A stretch of 52,402 bases of DNA from Verrucomicrobiales bacterium (GTDB lineage: Bacteria; Verrucomicrobiota; Verrucomicrobiia; Limisphaerales; UBA1100): positions 1 to 52,402 of the forward strand of contig JAYOSV010000003.1 in assembly GCA_038139415.1 (NCBI GenBank). Reading direction: 5' to 3'. The notes under the pieces are model-generated. The model saw nothing but the letters and a program-made list of their open reading frames with translations. It was not told where the DNA came from and did not search any database. This document shows, piece by piece, positions 1-10,434 of the stretch. Position 1 is the stretch's first letter. The number at the start of each line of letters is the position of its first letter. A program made the position numbers and the translations under genes.

Positions 1-2
1 CA

Positions 3-605
3 TCAGCGGAGGCCGTTGTGGCTAAACTCGGAAAAATTGACGGCTACGAAGCTCTCTTCGCAAAAGCATTTCCAAAATCCAAACCTGCGATTACCTACGA
101 TAACGTAGGCAAAGCGATTGGGGCTTACGAACGGCTTTTCGTGACACCCGGTCGATTTGACAAGCTGCTTGCTGGCGAGGAAAAGGCACTCAAGGAGCCT
201 GAAATACGTGGCCTGAAGAAGTTTGTGTCGGTCGGTTGTGTGGCCTGTCACACGGGCAATTTACTCGGCGGCAATGCCTACCAAAAACTGGGTGTGCAGA
301 AGCCGTGGCCAAACCAAAAAGATCAGGGGCGGTTTGATCTGACGAAGAAAGATGCGGACAAAATGTTTTTCAAGGTGCCGAGTCTGCGGAACATCGCCAA
401 GACCGGCCCGTACTTCCATGATGGATCATCGGAGAAGCTGGAGGACGCCGTGCAACGCATGGCGGCCCATCAATTGGGTAAAGAGCTTTCCGAAGAGGAT
501 CAAGCGGACATCACGTCATTTTTGCGTGCGCTAACCGGCAAACTACCCAAAAATATTGCAGCCCCCCCTCAGGCATTTCCAGGCCAGTCAACCTTTTTTT
601 ACTGA
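3..605 (+). CDS. Di-haem cytochrome c peroxidase (CCP/MauG family), C-terminal part; 5' end outside the window
   Basis: Frame is open from position 3. Haem motif CVACH, plus family motifs AIGAYERL and FKVPSLRNIAKTGPYFHDGS. Confidence 0.9.
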   Translation, partial: SAEAVVAKLGKIDGYEALFAKAFPKSKPAITYDNVGKAIGAYERLFVTPGRFDKLLAGEEKALKEPEIRGLKKFVSVGCVACHTGNLLGGNAYQKLGVQKPWPNQKDQGRFDLTKKDADKMFFKVPSLRNIAKTGPYFHDGSSEKLEDAVQRMAAHQLGKELSEEDQADITSFLRALTGKLPKNIAAPPQAFPGQSTFFY

Positions 606-606
606 G

Positions 607-640
607 GCCCGGTTGCTGATTGGCAAACGGGCTTTTTTTT
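607..640 (+). terminator. Rho-independent terminator
   Basis: Stem GCCCG-G-TTGC / GCAA-A-CGGGC followed by T8, directly after the peroxidase stop codon. Confidence 0.75.
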
Positions 641-644
641 ATTA

Positions 645-2177
645 ATGAACGGGATGCCACCTATTCCCCGTTTGCTCTTTGCGTTGTTCCTCATGCTTTA
701 TGCTTCTAATGAAGCTCAGGCGAAAAAGCCGAACATCATCCTCGTTATCACCGACGATCAAGGGTACGGACCGATTGGTCGTCATGGGCATCCATGGATT
801 CGCACCCCCCACTTGGACGCTTTATACGATACCAGTACACGCTTTACGCGATTTATGGTGAGCCCGACTTGCGCACCAACTCGTGCAGCGTTGATGACGG
901 GTCGGCATCCAATGAAGAATGGAGTAACTCATACGATTCTTGAGCGGGAGCGTATGACTACAAAGGTGACGACACTGCCGCAGGTGCTCAAGCAGGCCGG
1001 CTACACGAGCGGTATTTTTGGTAAGTGGCACCTCGGCGATGAGGATCCGTACCAGCCGCACAAGCGCGGGTTTGATGAGGCGTTCATCCACGGCGCGGGT
1101 GGTATCGGGCAGGCTTTTAAATGTAGTTGTGCCGATGCTCCGGGAAATAAGTATTTTGACCCGGTCGTGCGGTACAACGGGTCGTTCGTGAAGACGAAGG
1201 GGTTTTGTACCGACATCTTTTTCACCGCCGCGATGGGCTGGATCAAGGCCAAGAAGGATGGGGACGAGCCGTTCTTTGCTTATATCACCACTAACGCGCC
1301 GCACGGACCGTTCATTGCGCCGCCGAAAAACACAAAATATTTTACTGATCGCGGCTTTGCCGCCCGGCAAGCGGGCTTTTACGGCATGATCGAGAACATC
1401 GACGAAAACATGGGCCGCCTGATGGGCAAGCTGGAGGAATGGGATTTATTCAAGGACACAATCCTGATTTTCATGAGCGACAACGGTATGACCGGCGGCG
1501 GCTCCGGCCGCGTGGGTCAGGAGGTGGCCAAGGGCTATCCGTTTTATAACGCCGGCATGAAAGGCCTGAAGGGCAGCACCGATGAAGGCGGCGTGCGCGT
1601 ACCGTTCCTCGTACGCTGGGATGGTCAATGGAAAAGCGGACGTGACATCGCCGCAGTCAGCGCGCACATAGACGTGTTGCCCACCTTCGCGGACATCGCT
1701 GGCATTAAGACCCTGCCGAAGGGCCAGATGGAGGGCCGCAGCTTTTTGCCATTGCTGTCGGGTGAAAAGAAATCGCTGCAAGATCGATACCTCTTCACTC
1801 ACAAAGGTCGGTGGAAAACGGGTGCGAACCCGGAGGATTTCAAGTGGATGAACTTTGCTGTGCGCAGTGACCGTTACCGATTCGTGGGCGGAGGTACTGC
1901 CATCAGCGTTTCCGAACGGCAACGCAAGGAGGGTATTTCACCAAAGGACGCCCTCTTCGACATGATCAAGGATCCGCGGCAAACAACCAACATTATCGAA
2001 AAAAACCCTGAAGTAGCTTCAAAAATGCGAGCCGCTTACAGTAAATTTTGGAAGGAAACCCGACCGTTGATGGTCAATGAAAGCGTGCCAATGTCTCCGA
2101 CTCGCCCGTTTCATGTTTGGTACGAACAGCAAATGAAAGCCGGCGGCATCCCGCAATGGAAAGAGCCCGAGCTTTAG
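645..2177 (+). CDS. Exported arylsulfatase (S1, Cys-type); start could be 654
   Basis: Signal peptide, PNIILVITDD, formylglycine motif CAPTRAALMTGR, GKWHLG, SDNG. Confidence 0.92.
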   Translation: MNGMPPIPRLLFALFLMLYASNEAQAKKPNIILVITDDQGYGPIGRHGHPWIRTPHLDALYDTSTRFTRFMVSPTCAPTRAALMTGRHPMKNGVTHTILERERMTTKVTTLPQVLKQAGYTSGIFGKWHLGDEDPYQPHKRGFDEAFIHGAGGIGQAFKCSCADAPGNKYFDPVVRYNGSFVKTKGFCTDIFFTAAMGWIKAKKDGDEPFFAYITTNAPHGPFIAPPKNTKYFTDRGFAARQAGFYGMIENIDENMGRLMGKLEEWDLFKDTILIFMSDNGMTGGGSGRVGQEVAKGYPFYNAGMKGLKGSTDEGGVRVPFLVRWDGQWKSGRDIAAVSAHIDVLPTFADIAGIKTLPKGQMEGRSFLPLLSGEKKSLQDRYLFTHKGRWKTGANPEDFKWMNFAVRSDRYRFVGGGTAISVSERQRKEGISPKDALFDMIKDPRQTTNIIEKNPEVASKMRAAYSKFWKETRPLMVNESVPMSPTRPFHVWYEQQMKAGGIPQWKEPEL

Positions 2178-2193
2178 GTAGCCCAACGCAGCA

Positions 2194-2222
2194 TTGGCAA
2201 ATACACCCGCGCGCGTTATTAA
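2194..2222 (+). promoter_or_regulatory. Sigma70-like promoter, leaderless geometry
   Basis: TTGGCA-N17-TATTAA, then 6 nt to ATG 2229. Confidence 0.4.
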
Positions 2223-2228
2223 CGTCGC

Positions 2229-3788
2229 ATGCGTTCCATGTTTCGTTTCCTAGCGGTTGTTTTTTTATTGGCTCAGTTCGCTAAAGCGGCGCCGCGACCC
2301 AACATTCTTTTTGCCATTGCCGATGACTGGGGCTTTGGGCACGCGGGTGCGTATGGATGCAAGTGGGTGAAAACGCCGGCGTTCGATCGTGTGGCTCGTG
2401 AAGGCATTCTCTTTACTCGCGCCTTCACTCCTAATGCAAAGTGCGCCCCCTCTCGCGCCATTATTTTAACTGGTCGTTACTCATGGCAGCTGGAGGAGGC
2501 TGCTAATCATCAGAACATATTTCCTTCAAAGTTTGGAAGCTATGTGGAGGTGTTGGCCGCAAATGGTTACATCACAGGTTATACCGGTAAGGGATGGGGC
2601 CCTGGCACTGCCAATGATGCCGCTGGTAAGAGGCGAGATATCACAGGCAAGGTGTGGTCTGCCAAAAAACTAAAACCACCCGCACGGGCCATTTCCAATA
2701 ATGATTACTCAGGTAATTTCGCTGATTTTCTTGCCGACACTCCAGAGGGAAAGCCTTGGTGTTTTTGGTTTGGAACCAGTGAACCTCACCGGGGATATGA
2801 AAAGGGTGTAGGCCTACGAATGGGCAAAAAATTTAGCGACATCGACCATGTTCCTTCCTTTTGGCCGGATAATGACGAGACACGCGGGGACATGCTGGAT
2901 TACGCCGTGGAAGTTGAACATTACGATATGCACCTCGGCCGCATTCTGGCCGCGCTCGAAAAGGCCGGGCAATTGGACAACACTCTGATCGTCGCCACCA
3001 GCGATCACGGTATGCCGTTTCCACGCTGCAAAGGGCAGGCGTATGATTACTCGAACCACATCCCTCTGGCCATCCGCTGGCCAAAAGGCATCGAGGGCCG
3101 CAATCGCACGGTGGTTGATTTTGTGAATTTCACCGATTTGGCGCCAACCTTTTTGCAGGCTGCCGGCGTGAGAAAGGTCGCGCCGATTATGCAGCCGATG
3201 AGCGGCCGGAGTTTGTTTGATATTTTTGGTTCCCCCAAATCCGGTCAGGTGATTGCCTCACGAGATCACGTGCTACTGGGCAAGGAACGTCACGATGTCG
3301 GTCGGCCGAATAATCAGGGCTACCCCATCCGCGGCATTCGCAAGGGCGACCATTTGTACCTTCACAATTTCGAGCCGGACCGCTGGCCGGTGGGGAACCC
3401 GGAAACCGGCTACCTGAACACCGACGCCAGCCCCATCAAAACGCTATTACTCAACCAGCGCCGTCAGGGGAACTATAAGTATTGGCAGCTAAATTTTGGC
3501 AAACGACCCGCGGAAGAACTGTTCAATGTGAAGGCTGATCGCGATTGCGTTAAGGATCTGGCTGACAGCAAGGCGCAAGCCGCGCTCAAGGCGTCCTTGA
3601 AAAAACAGCTCTTTGCCGAGCTCAAAAAACAGGGCGACCCGCGGATGTTCGGCCGAGGCGATGTATTTGAGAAATACGGTTTTGCATCGGATATGTGGGA
3701 TCAATTCTACGAGAAATATCAGCGCGGCGAAAAAATCCGCACTGGCTGGGTGAAACCTAGCGATTACGAAAAAGAGAAATTGGACTAG
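2229..3788 (+). CDS. Exported sulfatase (S1, N-sulfoglucosamine sulfohydrolase-like)
   Basis: Signal peptide, [44 protein letters not shown]. Confidence 0.9.
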   Translation: MRSMFRFLAVVFLLAQFAKAAPRPNILFAIADDWGFGHAGAYGCKWVKTPAFDRVAREGILFTRAFTPNAKCAPSRAIILTGRYSWQLEEAANHQNIFPSKFGSYVEVLAANGYITGYTGKGWGPGTANDAAGKRRDITGKVWSAKKLKPPARAISNNDYSGNFADFLADTPEGKPWCFWFGTSEPHRGYEKGVGLRMGKKFSDIDHVPSFWPDNDETRGDMLDYAVEVEHYDMHLGRILAALEKAGQLDNTLIVATSDHGMPFPRCKGQAYDYSNHIPLAIRWPKGIEGRNRTVVDFVNFTDLAPTFLQAAGVRKVAPIMQPMSGRSLFDIFGSPKSGQVIASRDHVLLGKERHDVGRPNNQGYPIRGIRKGDHLYLHNFEPDRWPVGNPETGYLNTDASPIKTLLLNQRRQGNYKYWQLNFGKRPAEELFNVKADRDCVKDLADSKAQAALKASLKKQLFAELKKQGDPRMFGRGDVFEKYGFASDMWDQFYEKYQRGEKIRTGWVKPSDYEKEKLD

Positions 3789-3968
3789 CACCTTATCCTT
3801 TGCGCGACGAGCGCATGGTGGTCGTGCAAAGTGATGCGCAGTTTCCAGATGATCACATGCTCAGTGCGACGGTGGACGATGTGACCACCAGCACTCGGTT
3901 AAATCGCGAGGAAAGCGACTCGGGGCACATCACCCGCCTTTATACCATAGGTTGAAGCTCTCTAGTCG

Positions 3969-3997
3969 TTGCCAGCGGGCAGGAGAACGGGTAGGGT
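3969..3997 (+). promoter_or_regulatory. Sigma70-like promoter, leaderless geometry
   Basis: TTGCCA-N17-TAGGGT, then 6 nt to GTG 4004. Confidence 0.55.
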
Positions 3998-4003
3998 ACC
4001 CGG

Positions 4004-5455
4004 GTGCAAGCCCTCGTTCGAGTCTCGGTGTTTCTCTGTCTTCTATGTGGCTGGCTGAATGCCGGAGCGGCCAAGCAAACCAACTTTCTGTTCATTCTGG
4101 TTGATGACATGGGCTGGGCGGATATCGGCGCCAACGGAAGCAAATTTCATGAAACACCGCATATCGACCGCCTAGCAGCCAGCGGCATACGGTTCACACA
4201 GGGCTACGCGGCGTGTCCGGTGTGCAGCCCTACGCGCGCGAGCATCATGACCGGGAGGCATCCGGTGCGAGTGGACATCACGGACTGGATCCCAGGCCAA
4301 GGCAATCACGCCAACAATAAGCTGCTGCATCCACAGGATCGAAACAACCTCGCACTCGAGGAGGTGACCATTGCCGAGCAATTGAAGACGCACGGTTACC
4401 AGACTTTCTTCGCCGGCAAGTGGCATCTCGGTAGTGAGGGGCATTGGCCGGAAGATCAGGGCTTTGATATCAACATTGGCGGCCATCACCGCGGCTCGCC
4501 TCCAGGCGGGTACTACGCGCCGTGGACCAATCCCGCGCTCAAGGCTAACAAGCCCGGCGAATACCTCACCGAACGACTCACCGAAGAGTCGATTAAATTT
4601 CTTGAGCAACGCGATGCGGCCAAGCCGTTTCTCCTGTACCTGTCCTACTACAACATCCACACGCCCATTCAGCCGTACAAAAAACGCATTGAGCATTACA
4701 ACGCCAAGGCCGAAAAAATGTTCAAGGGCGAGACGCCCACACAATCAGAGCATGAGGGCTCCACACGCATGCGGCAGGACAACGCGGCGCTGGCTTCGAT
4801 GGTGGCGGCGGTGGATGATAGTGTCGGCGCGTTGCTCGGTAAACTGAATGAACTAAAGCTCGACCAAAATACCGTGGTCATTTTCTTCAGCGACAACGGC
4901 GGTCTCAGCACACGCGGCGGCAAACGCTTTGGTCCTGGCTGCAATCTGCCGTTACGCGCGAGCAAGGGCTGGCTTTACGAGGGTGGCGTGCGTGAGCCCA
5001 CGATCATCCGCGCCCCCGGTATCACTCAACCTGGCAGTGTGTCGCGCAAGCCGATGGTCAGCATGGATTTCTTTCCCACCATGCTTGATCTCGCTGGATT
5101 GCCAGCGCAACCCAAGCTTCATGCCGACGGCCAAAGCCTGCTGAGCCAGCTCCGAGGCAATGACGCCGGCAGCCGCACGCTCTACTGGCATTACCCGCAT
5201 TACCACGGTTCCTCCTGGAAACCCGGCGCCTCCATTCGCGATGGCGACTGGAAGCTCATCGAGTTTTACCACCACGACAAGGTCGAGCTTTACAACCTCG
5301 CCAACGACATCGGCGAACAGAAGAACCTCGCCACGCGCCAACCGAAAAAGACCGCCGAACTCCGCGCCAAGCTGCGGGCCTGGCAGAAATCGATGAAGGC
5401 CAAAATGCCCGTGCCCAATCCGGCCTACAAGGCGCCGGCTCCAAATTCAAAATGA
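4004..5455 (+). CDS. Exported sulfatase (S1, arylsulfatase/GALNS-like)
   Basis: Signal peptide, [39 protein letters not shown]. Confidence 0.92.
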   Translation: MQALVRVSVFLCLLCGWLNAGAAKQTNFLFILVDDMGWADIGANGSKFHETPHIDRLAASGIRFTQGYAACPVCSPTRASIMTGRHPVRVDITDWIPGQGNHANNKLLHPQDRNNLALEEVTIAEQLKTHGYQTFFAGKWHLGSEGHWPEDQGFDINIGGHHRGSPPGGYYAPWTNPALKANKPGEYLTERLTEESIKFLEQRDAAKPFLLYLSYYNIHTPIQPYKKRIEHYNAKAEKMFKGETPTQSEHEGSTRMRQDNAALASMVAAVDDSVGALLGKLNELKLDQNTVVIFFSDNGGLSTRGGKRFGPGCNLPLRASKGWLYEGGVREPTIIRAPGITQPGSVSRKPMVSMDFFPTMLDLAGLPAQPKLHADGQSLLSQLRGNDAGSRTLYWHYPHYHGSSWKPGASIRDGDWKLIEFYHHDKVELYNLANDIGEQKNLATRQPKKTAELRAKLRAWQKSMKAKMPVPNPAYKAPAPNSK

Positions 5456-6324
5456 ACATCCACCATCTCGAGCTGTTTTATTACGTCGCCAAGCACGAAG
5501 GCATTTCCGGTGCCGTGCGCAACATGCCCTACGGCATCCAGCAACCGGCGGTCAGCGCGCAGGTGATTCAGTTGGAGAATGATCTGGGTATTACTCCTTT
5601 TCAGCGTCGGTCCTTTGAGTTAACTGCGGCAGGTGAAGAATTGTATGGGTTTATTGCGCCGTTCTTTGAAGGGCTCGAGGAAGTAAGTCAAAAGATTCGG
5701 GGAGGTGTGGCCCAAACCATCCGTATCGCCGCTTCCACTACAATCTTCAGGGATCATCTACCTGATATTCTCGGGAAGGCTAGCGCGGAATTCCCCGGGT
5801 TACACCCAAGTTTACGCGTCGGGATTCAGCCTGAAATTGAGCAGTGGTTATTGACCTCAGAAGCGGATCTTGGCATTACCGTCTTGGATTCCAAACCGCC
5901 CACTGAAATCAAAACGGAAAAACTGCTCGATCTGAAGATGGTCTTGCAAGTGCCGACTAAAATGAAAATCAAGACCGTGGATGATATCCTTGGTCAGGAC
6001 CGTATTGCGCAGACGCTCATCAGCTTGCCTCAGAATGAGGGAATCTGTCGTGCATTTCAAAAGGAACTAAGCCGACGTAAAATTACCTGGCCGATTGGAA
6101 TCGAACTTAATTCGATTGATTTGATTGAAACCTACGTGGCCAATGGCTTTGGGATAGGTCTTAGCCTTGAATTACCAGGTCAAAAATCCCTCAAAGGTGT
6201 GCGCGTGCTTCCTCTAGATGATTTCTCTCCTGTTACGATCGGAGCTCTTTGGAGAGGTCAGCCTAGCTCACTTTCCCAGACTATTGTCAGGCTACTTAAG
6301 ACTCGGGCTGGAAAAATAAGCTAA
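5452..6324 (+). CDS. LysR-family transcriptional regulator
   Basis: N-terminal HTH ([14 protein letters not shown]...[17 protein letters not shown]...FQR...LTAAG), 290 aa, ATGA overlap with the sulfatase stop. Confidence 0.92.
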   Translation: MNIHHLELFYYVAKHEGISGAVRNMPYGIQQPAVSAQVIQLENDLGITPFQRRSFELTAAGEELYGFIAPFFEGLEEVSQKIRGGVAQTIRIAASTTIFRDHLPDILGKASAEFPGLHPSLRVGIQPEIEQWLLTSEADLGITVLDSKPPTEIKTEKLLDLKMVLQVPTKMKIKTVDDILGQDRIAQTLISLPQNEGICRAFQKELSRRKITWPIGIELNSIDLIETYVANGFGIGLSLELPGQKSLKGVRVLPLDDFSPVTIGALWRGQPSSLSQTIVRLLKTRAGKIS

Positions 6325-6405
6325 CCCGTTTTTGGAATTATCCAGATTAGTTGCCTCAATACGTAATCTCCATCCTTGGCACAATTAGATTAACCACTAT
6401 TAAAA

Positions 6406-7308
6406 ATGGCTGAGGCTATGAAATCAAAAATTGCTTTTCTCGGGACTGGTCTAATGGGTGCGCCTATGTGCCGTTGCCTACTCAAAGCGGGATTCGAATT
6501 ATCTGTTTGGAACCGATCGATTGTTAAGGCGGAAGCATTACAAGCTGATGGGGCGACCTTAGCAGATACTCCCATTACTGCAGTGAAGAGTGCAGACGTA
6601 GTCATCACCATGCTGTCTGATGGCCCGGCGGTATCTGATTTGATGTTTGGTCAGGGCGTGGCCGAGGCCATTGCCGAAGGAGCGACGCGGATTGACATGA
6701 GCTCGATCGGCGCGGACGAGGCAATGGAACATGCCGAGCGGCACTTGGCCCGCGGCGTGGCGTATCTGGATGCGCCGGTGAGCGGCGGCACCAAGGGCGC
6801 CACGGCCGGTGAACTGGCCATCATGGCCGGCGGCGCGGCGGAGACATTTGCTGCGATGGAACCAGTCTTTGCCGCGATGGGCCGCGCAACACACGTGGGC
6901 CCGAACGGGTGTGGGCAGCTCTCTAAGTTGGCAAATCAGGTAATTGTGGCCATTACGATTGGAGCAGTTAGTGAGGCGCTTATTTTGGCCGGTGGCGGAG
7001 GGGCCGATCGGGTTCAGGTACGTGAAGCTTTGCAGGGCGGGTTTGCCTCCAGCCGCATTCTTAGTGAGCACGGGCAACGCATGGTGCAGCGCCAGTTCGA
7101 GCCGGGCGGTCCGGCGAAGTTTCAGGTGAAGGATCTTAAAAACGCACTCGCCGCGGCTGAACGGCTGGGGTTGGATCTACCGATCACGCGGCTCACCAAC
7201 GAGCTGTTTACCGCGATGGTAGCGAGCGGTAAGGGCGACATGGATCACAGCGGCCTGCTCACGCATCTCGAGGCGATCAACGGACTGGAAGAAGAGAAGG
7301 ACGCATGA
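6406..7308 (+). CDS. Beta-hydroxyacid dehydrogenase (GarR/3-HIBADH/LtnD family); start could be 6418
   Basis: FLGTGLMG Rossmann motif, DAPVSGG, catalytic KLANQ, KDL. Confidence 0.88.
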   Translation: MAEAMKSKIAFLGTGLMGAPMCRCLLKAGFELSVWNRSIVKAEALQADGATLADTPITAVKSADVVITMLSDGPAVSDLMFGQGVAEAIAEGATRIDMSSIGADEAMEHAERHLARGVAYLDAPVSGGTKGATAGELAIMAGGAAETFAAMEPVFAAMGRATHVGPNGCGQLSKLANQVIVAITIGAVSEALILAGGGGADRVQVREALQGGFASSRILSEHGQRMVQRQFEPGGPAKFQVKDLKNALAAAERLGLDLPITRLTNELFTAMVASGKGDMDHSGLLTHLEAINGLEEEKDA

Positions 7309-8291
7309 AAGTTATCATCACCGGCGGCGGCGGATTTCTGGGATCGGAACTGGCCGAGGCGCTGTTGGCGCGTGGGGAATTGACCGGGGCATCCGGCAAC
7401 ACGGAACCGATCGAGGAACTGGTGCTGTTGGACGCGCGCTTTGGCGTAGGCCCAACTGTTGCCCCCGCGCGGCGGATGGAAGGTGATATAACTGAGCAAG
7501 CGGTGATTGAAGAGGCTATCGGAGGCGCTGAAAGTTTTTCCATTTTCCATCTCGCCTCCATGGTCAGCGGTGAATGCGAGGAGCGGTACGATGATGCGCT
7601 GCGGGTGAATCTTGATGGCGGCCGGCATATTTTTGAGGCGGCCCGCGCCGCAACCGGACAACCGCGTGTGGTGTTTGCCAGCAGCGTAGCGAGCTTCGGC
7701 GGCGAGGACATGCCCACGCCGGTGGGCGATTTCACCAAACACACCCCGCGCACTACCTACGGCATGACCAAGGCGATCTGTGAGCTGCTGCTCAATGATC
7801 ATGTGCGTAAGGGGCATTTCGACGGACGCGCCGTGCGCCTACCGACGGTGATCATCCGCCCCGGGCGGCCTAACGCAGCGGCATCCGGCTGGGCGAGTGG
7901 TATGTTTCGCGAACCGCTCAAGGGCGAATCCTGCGCGCTGCCGGTGCATCGTCATCAACCGCATCCGATGACCGGATTTCGCACCGTGGTGGAAAGCTTC
8001 ATTGCGCTGCACGAAATCCCGCCTGGAAAACTGTGCGAAGACCGTGGCTACTGTCTTCCTGCGCATCAGGTAACGCCGGAGCTGGCTGAGACTGTGTTGG
8101 CCGAGGTAGCGGCTGAACGCGGCTTAACGCTCGGGCCGATTGAGGATGCCTTCGACCCACGTATCCAAGCCATCGTTGACACGTGGCCGACCGCAGTTGA
8201 TGGCACCCGCGCCGTCAACCTTGGCTTGCCCAAACCGCCGTCTCTACAAGAAATCGTCGGGCAATATTTGGAGACGTTTGGCAAAGATTAA
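7305..8291 (+). CDS. denD: Extended SDR, D-erythronate dehydrogenase (DenD)-like
   Basis: ITGGGGFLG, HLAS, YGMTK and the DenD-type stretch RLPTVIIRPGRPNAAASG..REPL. ATGA overlap with the upstream gene. Confidence 0.7.
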   Translation: MKVIITGGGGFLGSELAEALLARGELTGASGNTEPIEELVLLDARFGVGPTVAPARRMEGDITEQAVIEEAIGGAESFSIFHLASMVSGECEERYDDALRVNLDGGRHIFEAARAATGQPRVVFASSVASFGGEDMPTPVGDFTKHTPRTTYGMTKAICELLLNDHVRKGHFDGRAVRLPTVIIRPGRPNAAASGWASGMFREPLKGESCALPVHRHQPHPMTGFRTVVESFIALHEIPPGKLCEDRGYCLPAHQVTPELAETVLAEVAAERGLTLGPIEDAFDPRIQAIVDTWPTAVDGTRAVNLGLPKPPSLQEIVGQYLETFGKD

Positions 8292-8341
8292 AACCGTTGC
8301 CGCTGGGCTGGCTTTGCCGCACTCTGTTGACACCAATTCCC

Positions 8342-9628
8342 ATGCGACATAAACCGATCAAATCGAAACTTTTTTCCGAAAACCGCAAACGCCTGACAGC
8401 GCAGATGGCGCCGAAGGCGTTGGCGGTGGTGAATGCCAATGATGTGCTGCCAACCAATGCCGATGGCACGTTGCCGATGCAGCCGAATGCCGATCTGTTT
8501 TTCCTGAGCGGCATTGAGCAGGAGGAAAGTATTCTGGTGCTCTTTCCGGATGCGGCGGATGAGAAGCAGCGCGAGATCTTGTTTGTGCGCGAGCCGAATG
8601 AGCATCTGCAGATTTGGGAGGGCTACAAACACAGCAAGCCGGATGCGCGCAAGATCTCGGGCATCAAGAATGTGCAATGGCTCTCGGAGTTCCCGGTGAT
8701 TTTCCGTTCACTAATGTGCGAGGCGGAGAGCGCGTACCTGAACAGCAACGAGTACAAGCGCGCGCACGTGGAGATGGAGACGCGCGATGTGCGGTTCATC
8801 AAGCAGTGTCAGGCGGATTTCCCGTTGCACACCTATCGGCGGCTTGCGCCGTTGCTGCATGAGTTGCGCGTGGTGAAAACGGATTTGGAAATCGAGCTGC
8901 TGAAGGAGGCAGTGGACATCACGGCCAAAGGCTTTCGCCGCACGCTGCGGTTTGTGAAGCCGGGCGTGGCGGAGTACGAGGTGGAAGCCGAGTTGGCGCG
9001 GGAATTCATCAAGCGCCGCGGCAAGTTTGCTTACACCCCGATTGTGGCGGCAGGCAAAAATAACTGCGTGCTTCATTATCTTCAAAATGATCAGGTCTGC
9101 AAAAAAGGTCAGTTGCTGCTCATGGATGTGGCCTCGAGCTATGCCAATTACAATGCAGATCTCACCCGCACGATTCCTGTAAGTGGCAAATTCACTCGCC
9201 GCCAAAAGAAAGTGTATAACGCTGTTCTCAATGTACTACGCGCGAGCATCGCCGGTGCCGTTGTTGGTAAACTCCACAAGGATTGGCAAAAGGAAGCGCA
9301 GGCGCACACCAATGAGGAACTGCTCAAGCTGGGCCTGCTCAAGCCGGCGCAGGTGAAGAAACAGGACCCGGACAACCCGGCCTGCCGCAAATATTTCATG
9401 CACGGCCTCGGCCATCCATTGGGCTTGGATGTGCACGATGTGGGTGACCTGAACGTGCCGTTCCAGCCGGGCACTGTGCTCACCGTGGAGCCCGGCATCT
9501 ATCTGCCGGACGAAGGCTTTGGCGTGCGCCTCGAAGACGACATCGTCGTCACCGAGGACGGTCCCGTAAATCTCATGGCTAAGATTCCGATTGAGGCCGA
9601 CGAAATCGAATCCATTATGAATCGATGA
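8342..9628 (+). CDS. pepP: Xaa-Pro aminopeptidase (M24B)
   Basis: AMP_N domain. Metal ligands in LMDVA..Y.ADLTRT, HGLGHPLGLDVHD, TVEPGIY and GVRLEDD. ATG 8342 preferred over TTG 8297. Confidence 0.92.
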   Translation: MRHKPIKSKLFSENRKRLTAQMAPKALAVVNANDVLPTNADGTLPMQPNADLFFLSGIEQEESILVLFPDAADEKQREILFVREPNEHLQIWEGYKHSKPDARKISGIKNVQWLSEFPVIFRSLMCEAESAYLNSNEYKRAHVEMETRDVRFIKQCQADFPLHTYRRLAPLLHELRVVKTDLEIELLKEAVDITAKGFRRTLRFVKPGVAEYEVEAELAREFIKRRGKFAYTPIVAAGKNNCVLHYLQNDQVCKKGQLLLMDVASSYANYNADLTRTIPVSGKFTRRQKKVYNAVLNVLRASIAGAVVGKLHKDWQKEAQAHTNEELLKLGLLKPAQVKKQDPDNPACRKYFMHGLGHPLGLDVHDVGDLNVPFQPGTVLTVEPGIYLPDEGFGVRLEDDIVVTEDGPVNLMAKIPIEADEIESIMNR

Positions 9629-10434
9629 AAAAATTACTCTTCATTCTGCTGGCTGGTCTGTGTGTCGGAACCAATGCGGCCGATAACTTCGCCAAGGATA
9701 AACTTGTCGCTTGGTGCATTGTGCCTTTTGACGCTAAGCAACGCGGGCCTGCCGCGCGTGCGGCCATGCTCAAAAAATTAGGCCTCAAGCGTGTGGCCTA
9801 CGATTGGCGAACGCAGCACGTGAAAGAGTTTGAAGAGGAAATTCTACAGTACAAAAAACACGGTCTGGAATTTTTTGCCTTTTGGAAAGGGCATGAGGAG
9901 GCATTCCGATTGTTCGAAAAACATAAAATCCATCCGCAGATTTGGCATACCCTACGTAGCCCTCAAGCCGATAGTCAGGAGGCTCGGGTGGCGGCTGCGG
10001 CGCAAACAATGTTGCCCTTGGTTCAGCGGACCAAGGAACTGGGCTGCGAACTCGGGCTCTACAACCATGGAGGGTGGGGTGGGGACCCGGCCAATCTGGT
10101 GGCGGTGTGCCAATATTTGCGCAAGCATCACAACGCGAAACACGTTGGTATTGTCTATAATCTGCACCACGGCCACGGGCACATTGCCGACTGGGAAAAG
10201 TCGCTCCACCATATGAAACCTTATCTCCTTTGCCTGAACCTTAACGGTATGAACGATGGCGCGGAGCCGAAGATTCTGCAGCTTGGCCGCGGCCAACATG
10301 AGGCAACGATGATTACTGCCATTCGCAAGAGCGGTTATGCAGGCCCCATTGGTATTCTGGATCACCGGAATGACACTGACACAGAGATTGCATTAAAGGA
10401 AAACCTTGAGGGCCTTCAGAAGATATTGAAGTGA
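9625..10434 (+). CDS. Exported xylose-isomerase/AP-endonuclease-2-like TIM-barrel protein
   Basis: Signal peptide MKKLLFILLAGLCVGTNA. Motifs LYNHGGWGG, VYNLHHGH, LNLNGM, GILDH. Confidence 0.65.
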   Translation: MKKLLFILLAGLCVGTNAADNFAKDKLVAWCIVPFDAKQRGPAARAAMLKKLGLKRVAYDWRTQHVKEFEEEILQYKKHGLEFFAFWKGHEEAFRLFEKHKIHPQIWHTLRSPQADSQEARVAAAAQTMLPLVQRTKELGCELGLYNHGGWGGDPANLVAVCQYLRKHHNAKHVGIVYNLHHGHGHIADWEKSLHHMKPYLLCLNLNGMNDGAEPKILQLGRGQHEATMITAIRKSGYAGPIGILDHRNDTDTEIALKENLEGLQKILK

